This document shows, in pieces, positions 27,682-37,047 of a stretch of DNA of 64,000 bases. Made by a program: the position numbers and the translations under genes. The stretch spans positions 32,001 through 96,000 of the IMG/VR virus record IMGVR_UViG_3300032213_001813; one strand, written 5' to 3'. This DNA is from a virus. Positions within the stretch are counted from its first letter, which is position 1; the number at the start of each line of letters is the position of its first letter. The notes under the pieces are model-generated. The model did no database searches, was not told the DNA's origin, and saw nothing but the letters and a program-made list of their open reading frames with translations.

Positions 27682-28750
27682 CAAAGATATAAATAGAGAT
27701 TCATTTTTGCTGGTATTTAAGGCATTTTTGGATAACACAAAAATAGGTAAGGAGTGGGAGTTTGTACTACCATACCCTGATATGGATAACCATCCTGGCA
27801 TTATTAATACATTCGAATATCCAAACGTATCACTTCGTAGAATGGATGGGTTAGATTGCTTTCCTCCAAAGATGAGAGTAAACTATCCATATAAGTTTTT
27901 CCAACGATTAATTGATAAGGAAAACTTTAATCTAATTTGGTCACATTTACCTGAATGGACTCACGAATACAAAATTACTCGTATCTACAATAAAACACAA
28001 CCTATTATCGGATACTGCCATTGGTGGGAAATCAAAGATAATGGTGCTAGAGATGATAACTCTTTTTGGAAAAACGTAAAGGGTATGTTGGATATGAAAG
28101 TATGTGGTGTAAACTCCCAATGGGTTAAAGATTTGGTAATTAAAAGAGCATCTGAAGATTTTCAACCACACATCATTGAAAAGTTGGATAGGATTATTCA
28201 GCCTTGGTATTTGGGTACGGATGAATTTGTAGAACCAAAAGAATATAAACCAAAAACTATTGTCTTTAATCATAGGGAAGGTGTATATACAGGTTCCGAA
28301 TGGTTCTTCGAAGCTATGGATAATTTATGGAAAGAAAGACAGGATTTTGAAGTATGGACTAGTTTGAAAGATATGAAAAAACCATACACAAAATACATTG
28401 GGCATGCCGATAGAAATGTATATATGAATCAACTATCACAGGCTCATTTTGGAGTTGGTTGTTTCCAAACATATTCAGCATGGAGTATGAGTACAACGGA
28501 TGGATTGAGTAGAGGTGTTCCCTATGTACTACCAAACGGATTATGTTACCCTGAAATGGTTGGTAATGATTATCCATTACTATACAATTCGAAGGAGCAT
28601 TTTAAAGAAGTGGTTGTTGGGTTATTAGATGGAACAATTGAAAGACCTGATGTAAGTGCAATATCAAAAGCCTTATTATGGGAAAACTCATTGAAAAGTT
28701 GGGATATTGAAACCAATTTTGAAAAAACCGCTAGAATATTTGAAGATTAA
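27638..28750 (+). CDS. GT-B glycosyltransferase, possibly DNA-modifying
   Basis: LIWSHLPEW, IIGYCHW, IVFNHR, WSMSTTDGLSRGVPYVLP (GT-B nucleotide-binding region); immediately upstream of polB. Confidence 0.7.
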   Translation: MKVLVIPNYTNFGSNKDINRDSFLLVFKAFLDNTKIGKEWEFVLPYPDMDNHPGIINTFEYPNVSLRRMDGLDCFPPKMRVNYPYKFFQRLIDKENFNLIWSHLPEWTHEYKITRIYNKTQPIIGYCHWWEIKDNGARDDNSFWKNVKGMLDMKVCGVNSQWVKDLVIKRASEDFQPHIIEKLDRIIQPWYLGTDEFVEPKEYKPKTIVFNHREGVYTGSEWFFEAMDNLWKERQDFEVWTSLKDMKKPYTKYIGHADRNVYMNQLSQAHFGVGCFQTYSAWSMSTTDGLSRGVPYVLPNGLCYPEMVGNDYPLLYNSKEHFKEVVVGLLDGTIERPDVSAISKALLWENSLKSWDIETNFEKTARIFED

Positions 28751-28763
28751 TTAAAAAGACACG

Positions 28764-31283
28764 ATGTACCAGAACGCATATTACCAAAGAGAAAAGAATT
28801 TAGTGCACATTTGGGATGATAAACAAGGATATAGAAGTTTTCCTTACACTCGTTATGCGTATGAAAAAGCCGAAAGAGGTGATTATACATCCCTATATGG
28901 TGATAAACTAACAAAGATATACAAATTCAAAAAAGATGACCCGAACTTATTTGAATCCGATGTACCTGAAACAACTCGTATATTGGTGGACACTTATACG
29001 GATTCGGATGTTCCATCGGAGGGGCACGTTATCTTAACATACGATATTGAGTGTGAGATGGAGACCGGATTGCCGGATACTGAAAAAGCTGAAAATGAAT
29101 TAACTGCAATTGGTTTACATGATTCGGCAGCTGACCAATACTATGTTTTGATTATGGATAAGGCTGGAAAGATGGTTGAAAAAACTATTGGGAAAGCAAT
29201 TGTAATTCCGTTTAGAGATGAAAGGGATATGATACTTAAATACTTGGATTTGTATGAGTATATCAATCCCTCAATCGTTACAGGATGGAACATTGATTAC
29301 TTTGATACACCTTACCTATACAATCGTATTAAAAGGGTGTTAGGAGCAAAGCATGCTAATCGTTTATCACCGATTGGAGAATGTTTCTGGTCACCATATC
29401 GTAAGAGATTCTTTATGGCAGGTGTATCTTATTTGGATTACATTGGGTTGTACAAATCATATACCTATGTTGAGTTAGATAACTATCGTTTGGATACGGT
29501 AGCAACAAAAGAATTGGGTAGGGGTAAGATTGAGTACAAGGGTAATTTGGATAACTTATTCAGAGATGATATTGAAAAGTTTATTGAGTATAACTTAGTG
29601 GATGTTCAGTTGGTTGTGGATATGGAACGTAAGTTACAATTCATAGATTTATGTAGAGGTATCTGCCACGCTGGACACGTACCTTATGAGGATTTTGTAT
29701 ATTCATCCAAATTTTTAGAGGGAGCACTTCTAACTTATCTAAAGAGAAAGAACATTGTAGCACCTAACAAACCTGCGGATAGACAGGAGATGATGCAGGC
29801 ATTGAGAGATAATGAACAAGAGAAGTTTATCGGAGCATATGTTAAAGCACCTATTGTTGGTAAGTATGATTGGATATATGACTTAGACTTAACATCTCTA
29901 TATCCATCCATCATTATGACCTTAAATATCTCACCGGAAACAAAGGTAGCTAAGATTGATAATTGGGATGCTCAAAAGTATATGAAGGGTGAGATTGATG
30001 AGTTTAATATTGGCAATCGAACTATTTCAAAGGAGAATTTAGAAAAGTTATTTAAGGAAACCAATTATTCAGTATCATCAAATGGTGTAATGTATAGAAC
30101 CGATAAGCCAGGCTGTATTCCTGATATTTTGGATTTGTGGTTTGACCAAAGGGTTGAATTCCGTAAGTTGGAAAAGAAATTTGGTGAAGCTGGTGATAAA
30201 GAAAAATATGCATTCTATAAGAAAAGGCAGTTAGTTCAGAAAATTCTACTTAACTCACTATACGGAGTATTGGGATTACCTGCATTCCGTTTTTATGATG
30301 TGGATAATGCTGAAGCTGTAACAACATCAGGTCAAACTGTAATTAAATCCACAGCTGATATGGCTAATATTAAATACAATAAAGAATTAGGAACTAAAGG
30401 AGAGGATTTCAATATCTACATTGATACGGATTCGGTATTCTTTTCAGCAGTACCAATTCTAAACCATAGATATGAGGATTGGAAATCAGAAAACGATACT
30501 GAAATTGCATTAAAAGTGGATGCTATTGCTGGTGAAACGCAAGATTTCTTAAATAACTTCTATGATATATTATCCGAAAAGGTATTCAAAGTAGATAAAA
30601 CCAAACATCGTTTCCAAATCAAAAAGGAGTTTGTATCTAAATCAGGTATTTGGATTGCTAAAAAGAGATATGCACAATGGATTATTGCGGAAAATGGTAT
30701 TCCGTGTGATAGATTGGATGTTAAAGGATTGGACGTAGTTCGTTCATCATATCCTGCCCAATTCCGTAAGTTTATGAGTGAGGTTTTGATTGATATTCTA
30801 AGAGGTGTAGGTGAAGATGAAATGACGGATAAGATATATGATTTTAAGAAAGCATTATCGGAAATGGAAGTAGTATCTATCGCTAAGAATTCAGCAGTTA
30901 AAGAGTTATCTAAATACATACCAAAGAAAAAGGATAATAGGGCAATGTTCCAATTCAATAGTGGAACTCCTGCACACGTTAAGGCAGCAATTGCACATAA
31001 CCAACTAATTGCTCACTTTAATATTCAAAAGTGTGAACCAATGAGAGATGGTGATAAAATTAAATGGGTGTATCTAAAACAAAATCCATATGGTTTAGAT
31101 GGGCTTGGATTTAAAGGTTACGAAGACCCAGACGAAATTATGGATTTGGTAAAAACTTACATTGATTACGATAAAATCTTTGAAAGGGAACTACTAAAGA
31201 AGTTAGAAGATTTCTATGGAGCATTGGGTTGGGGTGAAGTTCTTTCTTCACAAAAAACAGCTGAAAAGTTTTTCTCTTTTTAG
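28764..31283 (+). CDS. Family B DNA polymerase (T4 gp43-like)
   Basis: Exo motifs YDIECE, GWNIDYFD, YNLVDV; polymerase motifs DLTSLYPS, KILLNSLYG, YIDTDS, KKRYA. Confidence 0.97.
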   Translation: MYQNAYYQREKNLVHIWDDKQGYRSFPYTRYAYEKAERGDYTSLYGDKLTKIYKFKKDDPNLFESDVPETTRILVDTYTDSDVPSEGHVILTYDIECEMETGLPDTEKAENELTAIGLHDSAADQYYVLIMDKAGKMVEKTIGKAIVIPFRDERDMILKYLDLYEYINPSIVTGWNIDYFDTPYLYNRIKRVLGAKHANRLSPIGECFWSPYRKRFFMAGVSYLDYIGLYKSYTYVELDNYRLDTVATKELGRGKIEYKGNLDNLFRDDIEKFIEYNLVDVQLVVDMERKLQFIDLCRGICHAGHVPYEDFVYSSKFLEGALLTYLKRKNIVAPNKPADRQEMMQALRDNEQEKFIGAYVKAPIVGKYDWIYDLDLTSLYPSIIMTLNISPETKVAKIDNWDAQKYMKGEIDEFNIGNRTISKENLEKLFKETNYSVSSNGVMYRTDKPGCIPDILDLWFDQRVEFRKLEKKFGEAGDKEKYAFYKKRQLVQKILLNSLYGVLGLPAFRFYDVDNAEAVTTSGQTVIKSTADMANIKYNKELGTKGEDFNIYIDTDSVFFSAVPILNHRYEDWKSENDTEIALKVDAIAGETQDFLNNFYDILSEKVFKVDKTKHRFQIKKEFVSKSGIWIAKKRYAQWIIAENGIPCDRLDVKGLDVVRSSYPAQFRKFMSEVLIDILRGVGEDEMTDKIYDFKKALSEMEVVSIAKNSAVKELSKYIPKKKDNRAMFQFNSGTPAHVKAAIAHNQLIAHFNIQKCEPMRDGDKIKWVYLKQNPYGLDGLGFKGYEDPDEIMDLVKTYIDYDKIFERELLKKLEDFYGALGWGEVLSSQKTAEKFFSF

Positions 31284-31314
31284 TTGGAATATTCGGAAAA
31301 TATTCGTATCTTTG
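31283..31314 (+). promoter_or_regulatory. Bacteroidota-type promoter before the clamp gene
   Basis: GTTG 31283-31286, N20, TATCTTTG 31307-31314. Confidence 0.65.
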
Positions 31315-31354
31315 TAAACGAATATAAAATAAATAAAACAATAAATAAACAATT

Positions 31355-32050
31355 ATGAACAGAAGCAAATTTGATGGTTTCGTTGGTCGTTACAACTTAG
31401 GTGGTGAGATTGAATCCGTTATGGTAAAATCCGATGATAATACATTATCGGTAAGAATGATTTCAGATGATAAAACTCTATTAGGTGATGTAAGTGTTGC
31501 AGAATCGGATTTTCCAAATGGTGAGTTTGGCATTTATACAACATCACAATTAAAAGGTTTGTTATCAGTATTAGGTGATGCTATCACTATTGAAGAAGTG
31601 ACTGGAGCATTAAAGTTTTCGGATAAGAAAACTAAAGTACAATATATGTTAGCTGCACCATCAGTTATCCCTGCGGTACCTGATTTGAAAGCACTTCCTC
31701 CATTTGATGCAGAAATTACATTAGATGATGATTTTGTAAATACATTTATCAAATCAAAAGGTGTGTTATCGGATGCGGATACATTTACATTTATTCACAA
31801 AGGTGGTAAGGGTGAGATTATTTTAGGATACTCTTCAATCAACTCCAACCGAATTTCATTGGATGTGGATTCAACTGCAACTAATGATATCGAACCAATT
31901 GCATTCTCTGCAAAGTATTTGAAAGCTATCTTAATGGCTAACAAAGGTTCTAAAACATCTTCATTGAAAATCTCTTCAAAAGGATTATCGCACGTATCAT
32001 TTACGGATGGAGATTATGTATCAAACTATTATCTTGTAGAGATTAAATAA
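31355..32050 (+). CDS. Sliding clamp (gp45/PCNA-like)
   Basis: 231 aa, FGIYTTSQLKGLL pattern, alternating beta/alpha character, located between polB and the clamp loaders. Confidence 0.8.
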   Translation: MNRSKFDGFVGRYNLGGEIESVMVKSDDNTLSVRMISDDKTLLGDVSVAESDFPNGEFGIYTTSQLKGLLSVLGDAITIEEVTGALKFSDKKTKVQYMLAAPSVIPAVPDLKALPPFDAEITLDDDFVNTFIKSKGVLSDADTFTFIHKGGKGEIILGYSSINSNRISLDVDSTATNDIEPIAFSAKYLKAILMANKGSKTSSLKISSKGLSHVSFTDGDYVSNYYLVEIK

Positions 32051-32051
32051 G

Positions 32052-32231
32052 ATGGCAAATCAGCACTATACTGTACTTGAAGAACCACAAATACTAATAG
32101 ATGATTATCTTTATGTTTGTGAGGAATGGGATATGAACTTGAAAGAGTTCCTTGTAAAGAATGCTGGTAAAGAACTTTATATCTACGGACCATCAATAGT
32201 AACTAATAAAATTGTAGCAATCGTAAAATAA
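32052..32231 (+). CDS. Small hypothetical protein (59 aa, below the ORF-track cutoff)
   Basis: MANQHYTVLEEPQILIDDYLYVCEEWDMNLKEFLVKNAGKELYIYGPSIVTNKIVAIVK* exactly fills the gap between the clamp and ORF 32238. Confidence 0.6.
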   Translation: MANQHYTVLEEPQILIDDYLYVCEEWDMNLKEFLVKNAGKELYIYGPSIVTNKIVAIVK

Positions 32232-32237
32232 TATAAT

Positions 32238-33452
32238 ATGAGCTTTTGGGATAGTGAACCGGAGAAACCTGTATTTGACTTTGATAGAGAGAAGGCAAAT
32301 CTAATAGAAAATATGGATTACCTACTTACTATGAGTGTGGAGGAACAAACTCTATACAAAAAATGGGTAGAATTACAGGGAGATACAATGATTAAGGATA
32401 AATCTCTCATAGCTTCATATTACGATTCTCAATGGAAACCAACTGATATCAACAATAAGGAGCTAACGATAAAAGAAATTGAATCGTTAGACCCTTACGT
32501 TGAGATTGTAGATGATAATCCAAAAGAATCTACTAAATGGGCACAAATCCGTAGGATGATTCACACAATGGATTTTACAGCAAACCCTGGCAGAAATGTT
32601 AAGATTAATGTGAAAGATAGAGTGAGTGGAAAGTTGTTGGGACAGATTTCATTGGCATCTGATGTTACTTCAATGGGTGTTAGAGATAAATTCATTGGTT
32701 GGAGTAAAGATAATAAATTTGTGGATGGTAAGTTAAACCATACTACAATCGCATCTACTATCGTATGTACACAACCATTAGGATATAATTTCTTAGGTGG
32801 TAAGTTGGTTGCTATGATGACTACTGTTCCGGAGGTTAGAAATCATTGGAAAACAAAATATGGTCAAACTCTTATAGCAGTTGGTACAACATCACTTTAT
32901 GGTATTCACTCACAATATAATGGTATTCCACTTTTTAAAACATTAGGAGAATCAGCTGGTAAGATTAGTTTGAAGCCAGAGGATAAGTTTTATGACCCGT
33001 GGCATCATTGGTTAAAGGAGAACAGAGCAGAATGGTATAAGCAAAATATATCAGATGAAAGAGCTCGTAATGGTGCTAATATGGGTTATGAAGCTAATGG
33101 ACCTGTAAGTGGTATTAAACAAAAGATATTAGGTCAAATCTTCAAAGAGTGTGGTATCAAAGCAAACGAATACCATCACGGATTTAAGAGGGGTGTATAT
33201 CTTGCTATGATGTATGAGAACGGAAGAGAGTTTTTATGTAAGCAAATTGAAGAGGATGCGTTGATATTAAAACCTAAATTTGAGCAAGGTATCGATTACA
33301 TTAACAAATGGTGGAAGAAGCATGCTATTAGTAGATACTCTAAGTTGTATGATGAAGGTAGAATTAAACCCGAACATTTATTCTATATTGAAGGTATCGG
33401 AATGGGTTGGGATGAATTCAAAGCAAAATATTTAAAAGAAGTAGGAAGATAA
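32238..33452 (+). CDS. DUF4338 (DruA-like / Mom-related) protein
   Basis: PGRNVK...KLLGQISLASD...RDKFIGW, QPLGYNFLGGKLVA, GTTSLYG..SQY. Confidence 0.7.
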   Translation: MSFWDSEPEKPVFDFDREKANLIENMDYLLTMSVEEQTLYKKWVELQGDTMIKDKSLIASYYDSQWKPTDINNKELTIKEIESLDPYVEIVDDNPKESTKWAQIRRMIHTMDFTANPGRNVKINVKDRVSGKLLGQISLASDVTSMGVRDKFIGWSKDNKFVDGKLNHTTIASTIVCTQPLGYNFLGGKLVAMMTTVPEVRNHWKTKYGQTLIAVGTTSLYGIHSQYNGIPLFKTLGESAGKISLKPEDKFYDPWHHWLKENRAEWYKQNISDERARNGANMGYEANGPVSGIKQKILGQIFKECGIKANEYHHGFKRGVYLAMMYENGREFLCKQIEEDALILKPKFEQGIDYINKWWKKHAISRYSKLYDEGRIKPEHLFYIEGIGMGWDEFKAKYLKEVGR

Positions 33453-33775
33453 TGGGAAAACAATTAGAGTTATTTGAGGATATTGAATATTCTCCAAAAC
33501 AATCAATCAATATAAAACAACCAAATAAATACGAAGAGTGTGAGTGGTGTTTTCAATTTGATGATAACCAACCACAAGTATTTGCATGGACTGATGAAAA
33601 TATGGGTGATGATGAACCACAAGTTCAATTCACTATATCTAATAATGAACATTCAAATATAACATTTACCCATAATGATGGGAAGGTGTTTAAGATATTT
33701 GCAAGAGAGATGACAGAGAAAGGTAGAGAAATGCAACAAAAACAAAAATTATTTACACATGAAAGTAAAAATTAA
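33452..33775 (+). CDS. Hypothetical protein
   Basis: 107-aa coupled ORF. Confidence 0.6.
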   Translation: MGKQLELFEDIEYSPKQSINIKQPNKYEECEWCFQFDDNQPQVFAWTDENMGDDEPQVQFTISNNEHSNITFTHNDGKVFKIFAREMTEKGREMQQKQKLFTHESKN

Positions 33776-34184
33776 AAAAGTACATCCTGATGCGGTAAAA
33801 CCAAAATACGCAAAAGAAAGTGATGCTGGGATGGATTTGGTAGCAACATCTATTATAGAAAATACATCATTTCAAATAACATATGGGTTGGGTATTGCAA
33901 TGGAGATACCTGATGGAATGGTTGGATTAGTTTTTCCTCGTTCATCTATACGAAACACCGAATTGATATTAAGTAATTCAGTTGGCGTTATTGATGCTGG
34001 ATATAGGGGAGAATTACAAGCAACTTTTAATAAGTTGAATGGGTTGGATTCTATTGCATATAATGTGGGAGATAGAATTGCACAAATAATAATCGTACCA
34101 CACCCAATTGTTCAGATTGTAGAGGTAGATGAATTAAGTGAAAGTAAGAGAGGTATCGGTGGATTTGGTAGTACAGGTAAATAA
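33759..34184 (+). CDS. dut: Trimeric dUTPase
   Basis: Five motifs: AGMDL, PRSS, GVIDAGYRGE, RIAQ, RGIGGFGSTG. Confidence 0.97.
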   Translation: MKVKIKKVHPDAVKPKYAKESDAGMDLVATSIIENTSFQITYGLGIAMEIPDGMVGLVFPRSSIRNTELILSNSVGVIDAGYRGELQATFNKLNGLDSIAYNVGDRIAQIIIVPHPIVQIVEVDELSESKRGIGGFGSTGK

Positions 34185-34190
34185 AATAAT

Positions 34191-35135
34191 ATGTCTTTTA
34201 TAGAACAAACAAAAGAAAAAGTAAACAATAGCTTATGGGTAGAAAAATATCGCCCATCTAAGTTATCGGAGTATGTAGGTAATGACCACCTAAAAGCCAA
34301 AGTAGAAGGTTATTTAGAAAGTGGAGATGTACCACATTTGTTATTGTATGGTAGAGCTGGTACTGGTAAAACCACATTAGCAAAGTTAATCGTAAATTCA
34401 ATTGAATGTGATTATATGATTATCAACGCATCATCGGAGAACAACGTAGATACAGTCCGTAACAAAGTAACCAACTTTGCATCTTCTATGGGATTCAAAC
34501 CATTTAAGATTATCATTTTGGATGAGTTTGATTATATGACTCACAACGCACAGGCAATCTTGCGTAATTTAATGGAAACATTCTCAGCACACTGCCGATT
34601 CATTCTAACGTGTAACTATGTGGAGAAGGTAATTGAACCTATCCAAAGTAGATGCCAAACATTCCAAATCATCCCACCTACAAAGAAAGATGTGGCAATC
34701 CAAATCAGTAACATCTTAAAAGCTGAAGAGATTGAGTTTGATATTAAGGATTTAGTACCTATCATAGATGCTGCATATCCTGATATTCGTAAGGTTATCA
34801 ATACTTGCCAACTTAACTCTAACAAAGGAAAGTTGAAAGTAGATGTTCAGAATCTATTAGAAAACGATTACAAAATCAAAGTATTGGATATCTTAAAATC
34901 TAATGATGATAAGAGAAACAAATATATGAATGTGAGACAGGCATTAATTGATTCAAAGGTATCTGATTTTACGGAACTATACACTTTACTATATGATAAA
35001 GTGGAAGAATATGCTGGAGAAAATACCGCTAATGTAATTCTTTTATTAGGAGATGGTGCTTATAAATCAGCATTGGTAATTGATAAAGAAATAACTGCGG
35101 CAGCAACACTTATACAAATATTAAACGCAATTTAA
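34191..35135 (+). CDS. Clamp loader large subunit (gp44/RFC)
   Basis: WVEKYRP, GRAGTGKT, ILDEFD, SRC, PDIRKVIN. Confidence 0.95.
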   Translation: MSFIEQTKEKVNNSLWVEKYRPSKLSEYVGNDHLKAKVEGYLESGDVPHLLLYGRAGTGKTTLAKLIVNSIECDYMIINASSENNVDTVRNKVTNFASSMGFKPFKIIILDEFDYMTHNAQAILRNLMETFSAHCRFILTCNYVEKVIEPIQSRCQTFQIIPPTKKDVAIQISNILKAEEIEFDIKDLVPIIDAAYPDIRKVINTCQLNSNKGKLKVDVQNLLENDYKIKVLDILKSNDDKRNKYMNVRQALIDSKVSDFTELYTLLYDKVEEYAGENTANVILLLGDGAYKSALVIDKEITAAATLIQILNAI

Positions 35136-35136
35136 A

Positions 35137-35397
35137 ATGGCAGGAATTATAGGAGCAGATGGTAAAGCATTAACACCACAAGAAGATGCACCATTGGATT
35201 TAACAAAAACAAACCCAATCGAATGTAAAGGTTGTGGTGGTGAGGTTTTTGTACAAGGGTTTTCATTTCGTAAAACATCTAAATTATTGACAGGTGGTAC
35301 TGAAGATGAGGTTATTCCAATCGAAGTATTTTTATGTGGAGATTGTGGTGAGTTGTTAAATGAATTATTACCAAAAGGATTAAAGGTAGAAGAATAA
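35137..35397 (+). CDS. Small zinc-ribbon protein
   Basis: CKGC...CGDC. Confidence 0.7.
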   Translation: MAGIIGADGKALTPQEDAPLDLTKTNPIECKGCGGEVFVQGFSFRKTSKLLTGGTEDEVIPIEVFLCGDCGELLNELLPKGLKVEE

Positions 35398-35846
35398 TGG
35401 CAAAAGGATTGTTTGATTACATTAAGGCAATTACTAATGAACAAGACCCTAACTTTTGGGATACATTGGATGAATCGGATAAAAAAGGATGGAGTACCTA
35501 TATGGTAATTCGTTATATGACAATGAATCCCCAATGGGTAGAGTTAATAGCTGATGTACAGCCATATCTTCAGGAAGCACCACCAAAAGCAGTTTATAAA
35601 GCATTGATTGGATTACTACCAAAGAGTAGAACTTTCTTAAAATATATGAAAGCAGCTTCTTCGGAGAAGTATGAGGATTGGTTGGTTAAGTTAGTAATGC
35701 GAAAGTACGAAGTATCTGATACGGAAGCGGAAGAGTATCTTAAAATACTATATTCAACCAAAACAGGCAAAGAGCATATAAAAGAGATTGCAGAAATGTA
35801 TGGAACTGACCCTAAAATTATAACAAAATTAAAATTAGGGATTTAG
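35397..35846 (+). CDS. Clamp loader small subunit (gp62-like)
   Basis: LFDYIKAIT...YMVIRYMTM...FLKYMK...EAEEYLKIL pattern, downstream of the gp44-like gene. Confidence 0.75.
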   Translation: MAKGLFDYIKAITNEQDPNFWDTLDESDKKGWSTYMVIRYMTMNPQWVELIADVQPYLQEAPPKAVYKALIGLLPKSRTFLKYMKAASSEKYEDWLVKLVMRKYEVSDTEAEEYLKILYSTKTGKEHIKEIAEMYGTDPKIITKLKLGI

Positions 35847-35877
35847 TAGGAATTATCAACATTTTTACATATCTTTG
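35846..35877 (+). promoter_or_regulatory. Bacteroidota-type promoter (weak -33)
   Basis: TATCTTTG at 35870-35877; the -33 position reads GTAG. Confidence 0.55.
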
Positions 35878-35893
35878 TATATAAATAAAAAAT

Positions 35894-36760
35894 ATGGCTA
35901 GAGTTAGTTTTTCTCAATATGGTATGTGGAGTTCTTGCCCACAACAATACAAATTGAATTACATAGACAAGTTAGGAGAGAGTTCATCTAACATTCACAC
36001 AATTTTCGGCAGCAGCATGCACGAAACAATCCAACACTACCTTTCGGTGATGTATGGTGTTTCTAAAAAGCAAGCAGATGAAATCAATGTGGATAAACTC
36101 TTATTGGAGAGAATGAGAGAAAACTACAAAGTAGAGGTAGAGAAGATGAGTGAGGGAACACCTTGTTCGCAGGAGGAGTTGGAAGAGTTTTTTGGTGATG
36201 GTAGACGTATTTTAGAATGGTTTATGAAACATATCGGAAAGTTCTACTCTAAATCAGGATATGAATTAGTTGGTATTGAGATTCCATTAAATAAAGAGAT
36301 TAAGAAGGGTGTACATTTCATTGGTTATATTGATATTGTATTAAAAGATATTGCGGAGAACGCAATCGTAATCATTGACTTAAAGACCTCTACAATGGGG
36401 TGGAATAAGTATCAAAAGGAAGATAGATTAAAGAACTCACAAATTCTATTATATAAGAAATACTATTCTGAATTGTTTAATATACCATTAACAAAAATCA
36501 GAGTAGAGTTCCAAATCATGCGTAGGAAACTTCCTGAAGATTCACCATATCCTGTCCCTCGTATTTCAAAACACATTCCACCAAATGGTTCTCCATCGGT
36601 AAACAAAGTGTATGATGAATTTATGAGTTTCATTGATATTGTGTTTGATGATGAAGGTAACTTTAGAGATATTCCGTATCCAAAAGTACCAGGCAACGCT
36701 AAAAAGAATTGCAAATGGTGTGAGTTCTCTGTTAGGGGATTGTGTGATGGTAAACCTTAA
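35894..36760 (+). CDS. Cas4-like / RecB-type PD-(D/E)xK exonuclease
   Basis: N-terminal CPQQY, GYIDIV...IIDLKT, QILLY, and C-terminal CKWCEF...C (four-Cys Fe-S staple). Confidence 0.85.
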   Translation: MARVSFSQYGMWSSCPQQYKLNYIDKLGESSSNIHTIFGSSMHETIQHYLSVMYGVSKKQADEINVDKLLLERMRENYKVEVEKMSEGTPCSQEELEEFFGDGRRILEWFMKHIGKFYSKSGYELVGIEIPLNKEIKKGVHFIGYIDIVLKDIAENAIVIIDLKTSTMGWNKYQKEDRLKNSQILLYKKYYSELFNIPLTKIRVEFQIMRRKLPEDSPYPVPRISKHIPPNGSPSVNKVYDEFMSFIDIVFDDEGNFRDIPYPKVPGNAKKNCKWCEFSVRGLCDGKP

Positions 36761-36769
36761 TCCATAATT

Positions 36770-36821
36770 TTTCGTTTTTTTAAAATGTTTATATTTATAT
36801 ATACAAATATATAAAACGAAA
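36770..36821 (+). promoter_or_regulatory. Late motif enclosed by a 9-bp inverted repeat
   Basis: TTTCGTTTT (36770-36778) and AAAACGAAA (36813-36821) flank TATTTATA (36792-36799); ATG at 36827. Confidence 0.5.
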
Positions 36822-36826
36822 TAACT

Positions 36827-37030
36827 ATGGGTCAAAATGAAAACACAAAACTGACAACCGTAAAAATTTTGAAAGATGTGTATTCAAGTTTCAAAAAAGT
36901 ATCATTTGATTCCGATGTAACACTACAAAAGCTAGTTAATAGAACTGTGGAAAGATATGTTAGAGATGATGATTTCAGAAACGAAATGAATGAGTACTTA
37001 CAACTTCAAATAAGCGGTTCACAATTTTAA
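36827..37030 (+). CDS. Small ribbon-helix-helix-like DNA-binding protein
   Basis: LTTVKI (strand) LKDVYSSFKKVS (helix) VTLQKLVNRTVERY (helix). Confidence 0.55.
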   Translation: MGQNENTKLTTVKILKDVYSSFKKVSFDSDVTLQKLVNRTVERYVRDDDFRNEMNEYLQLQISGSQF

Positions 37031-37047
37031 AAATTATTAAATAAGTT

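Noticed and set aside
15785-31283. Introns or inteins in recA, helicase, nrdA/nrdB or polB
   Set aside because: All ORFs are continuous and of normal length, with no obvious intein-sized insertions.
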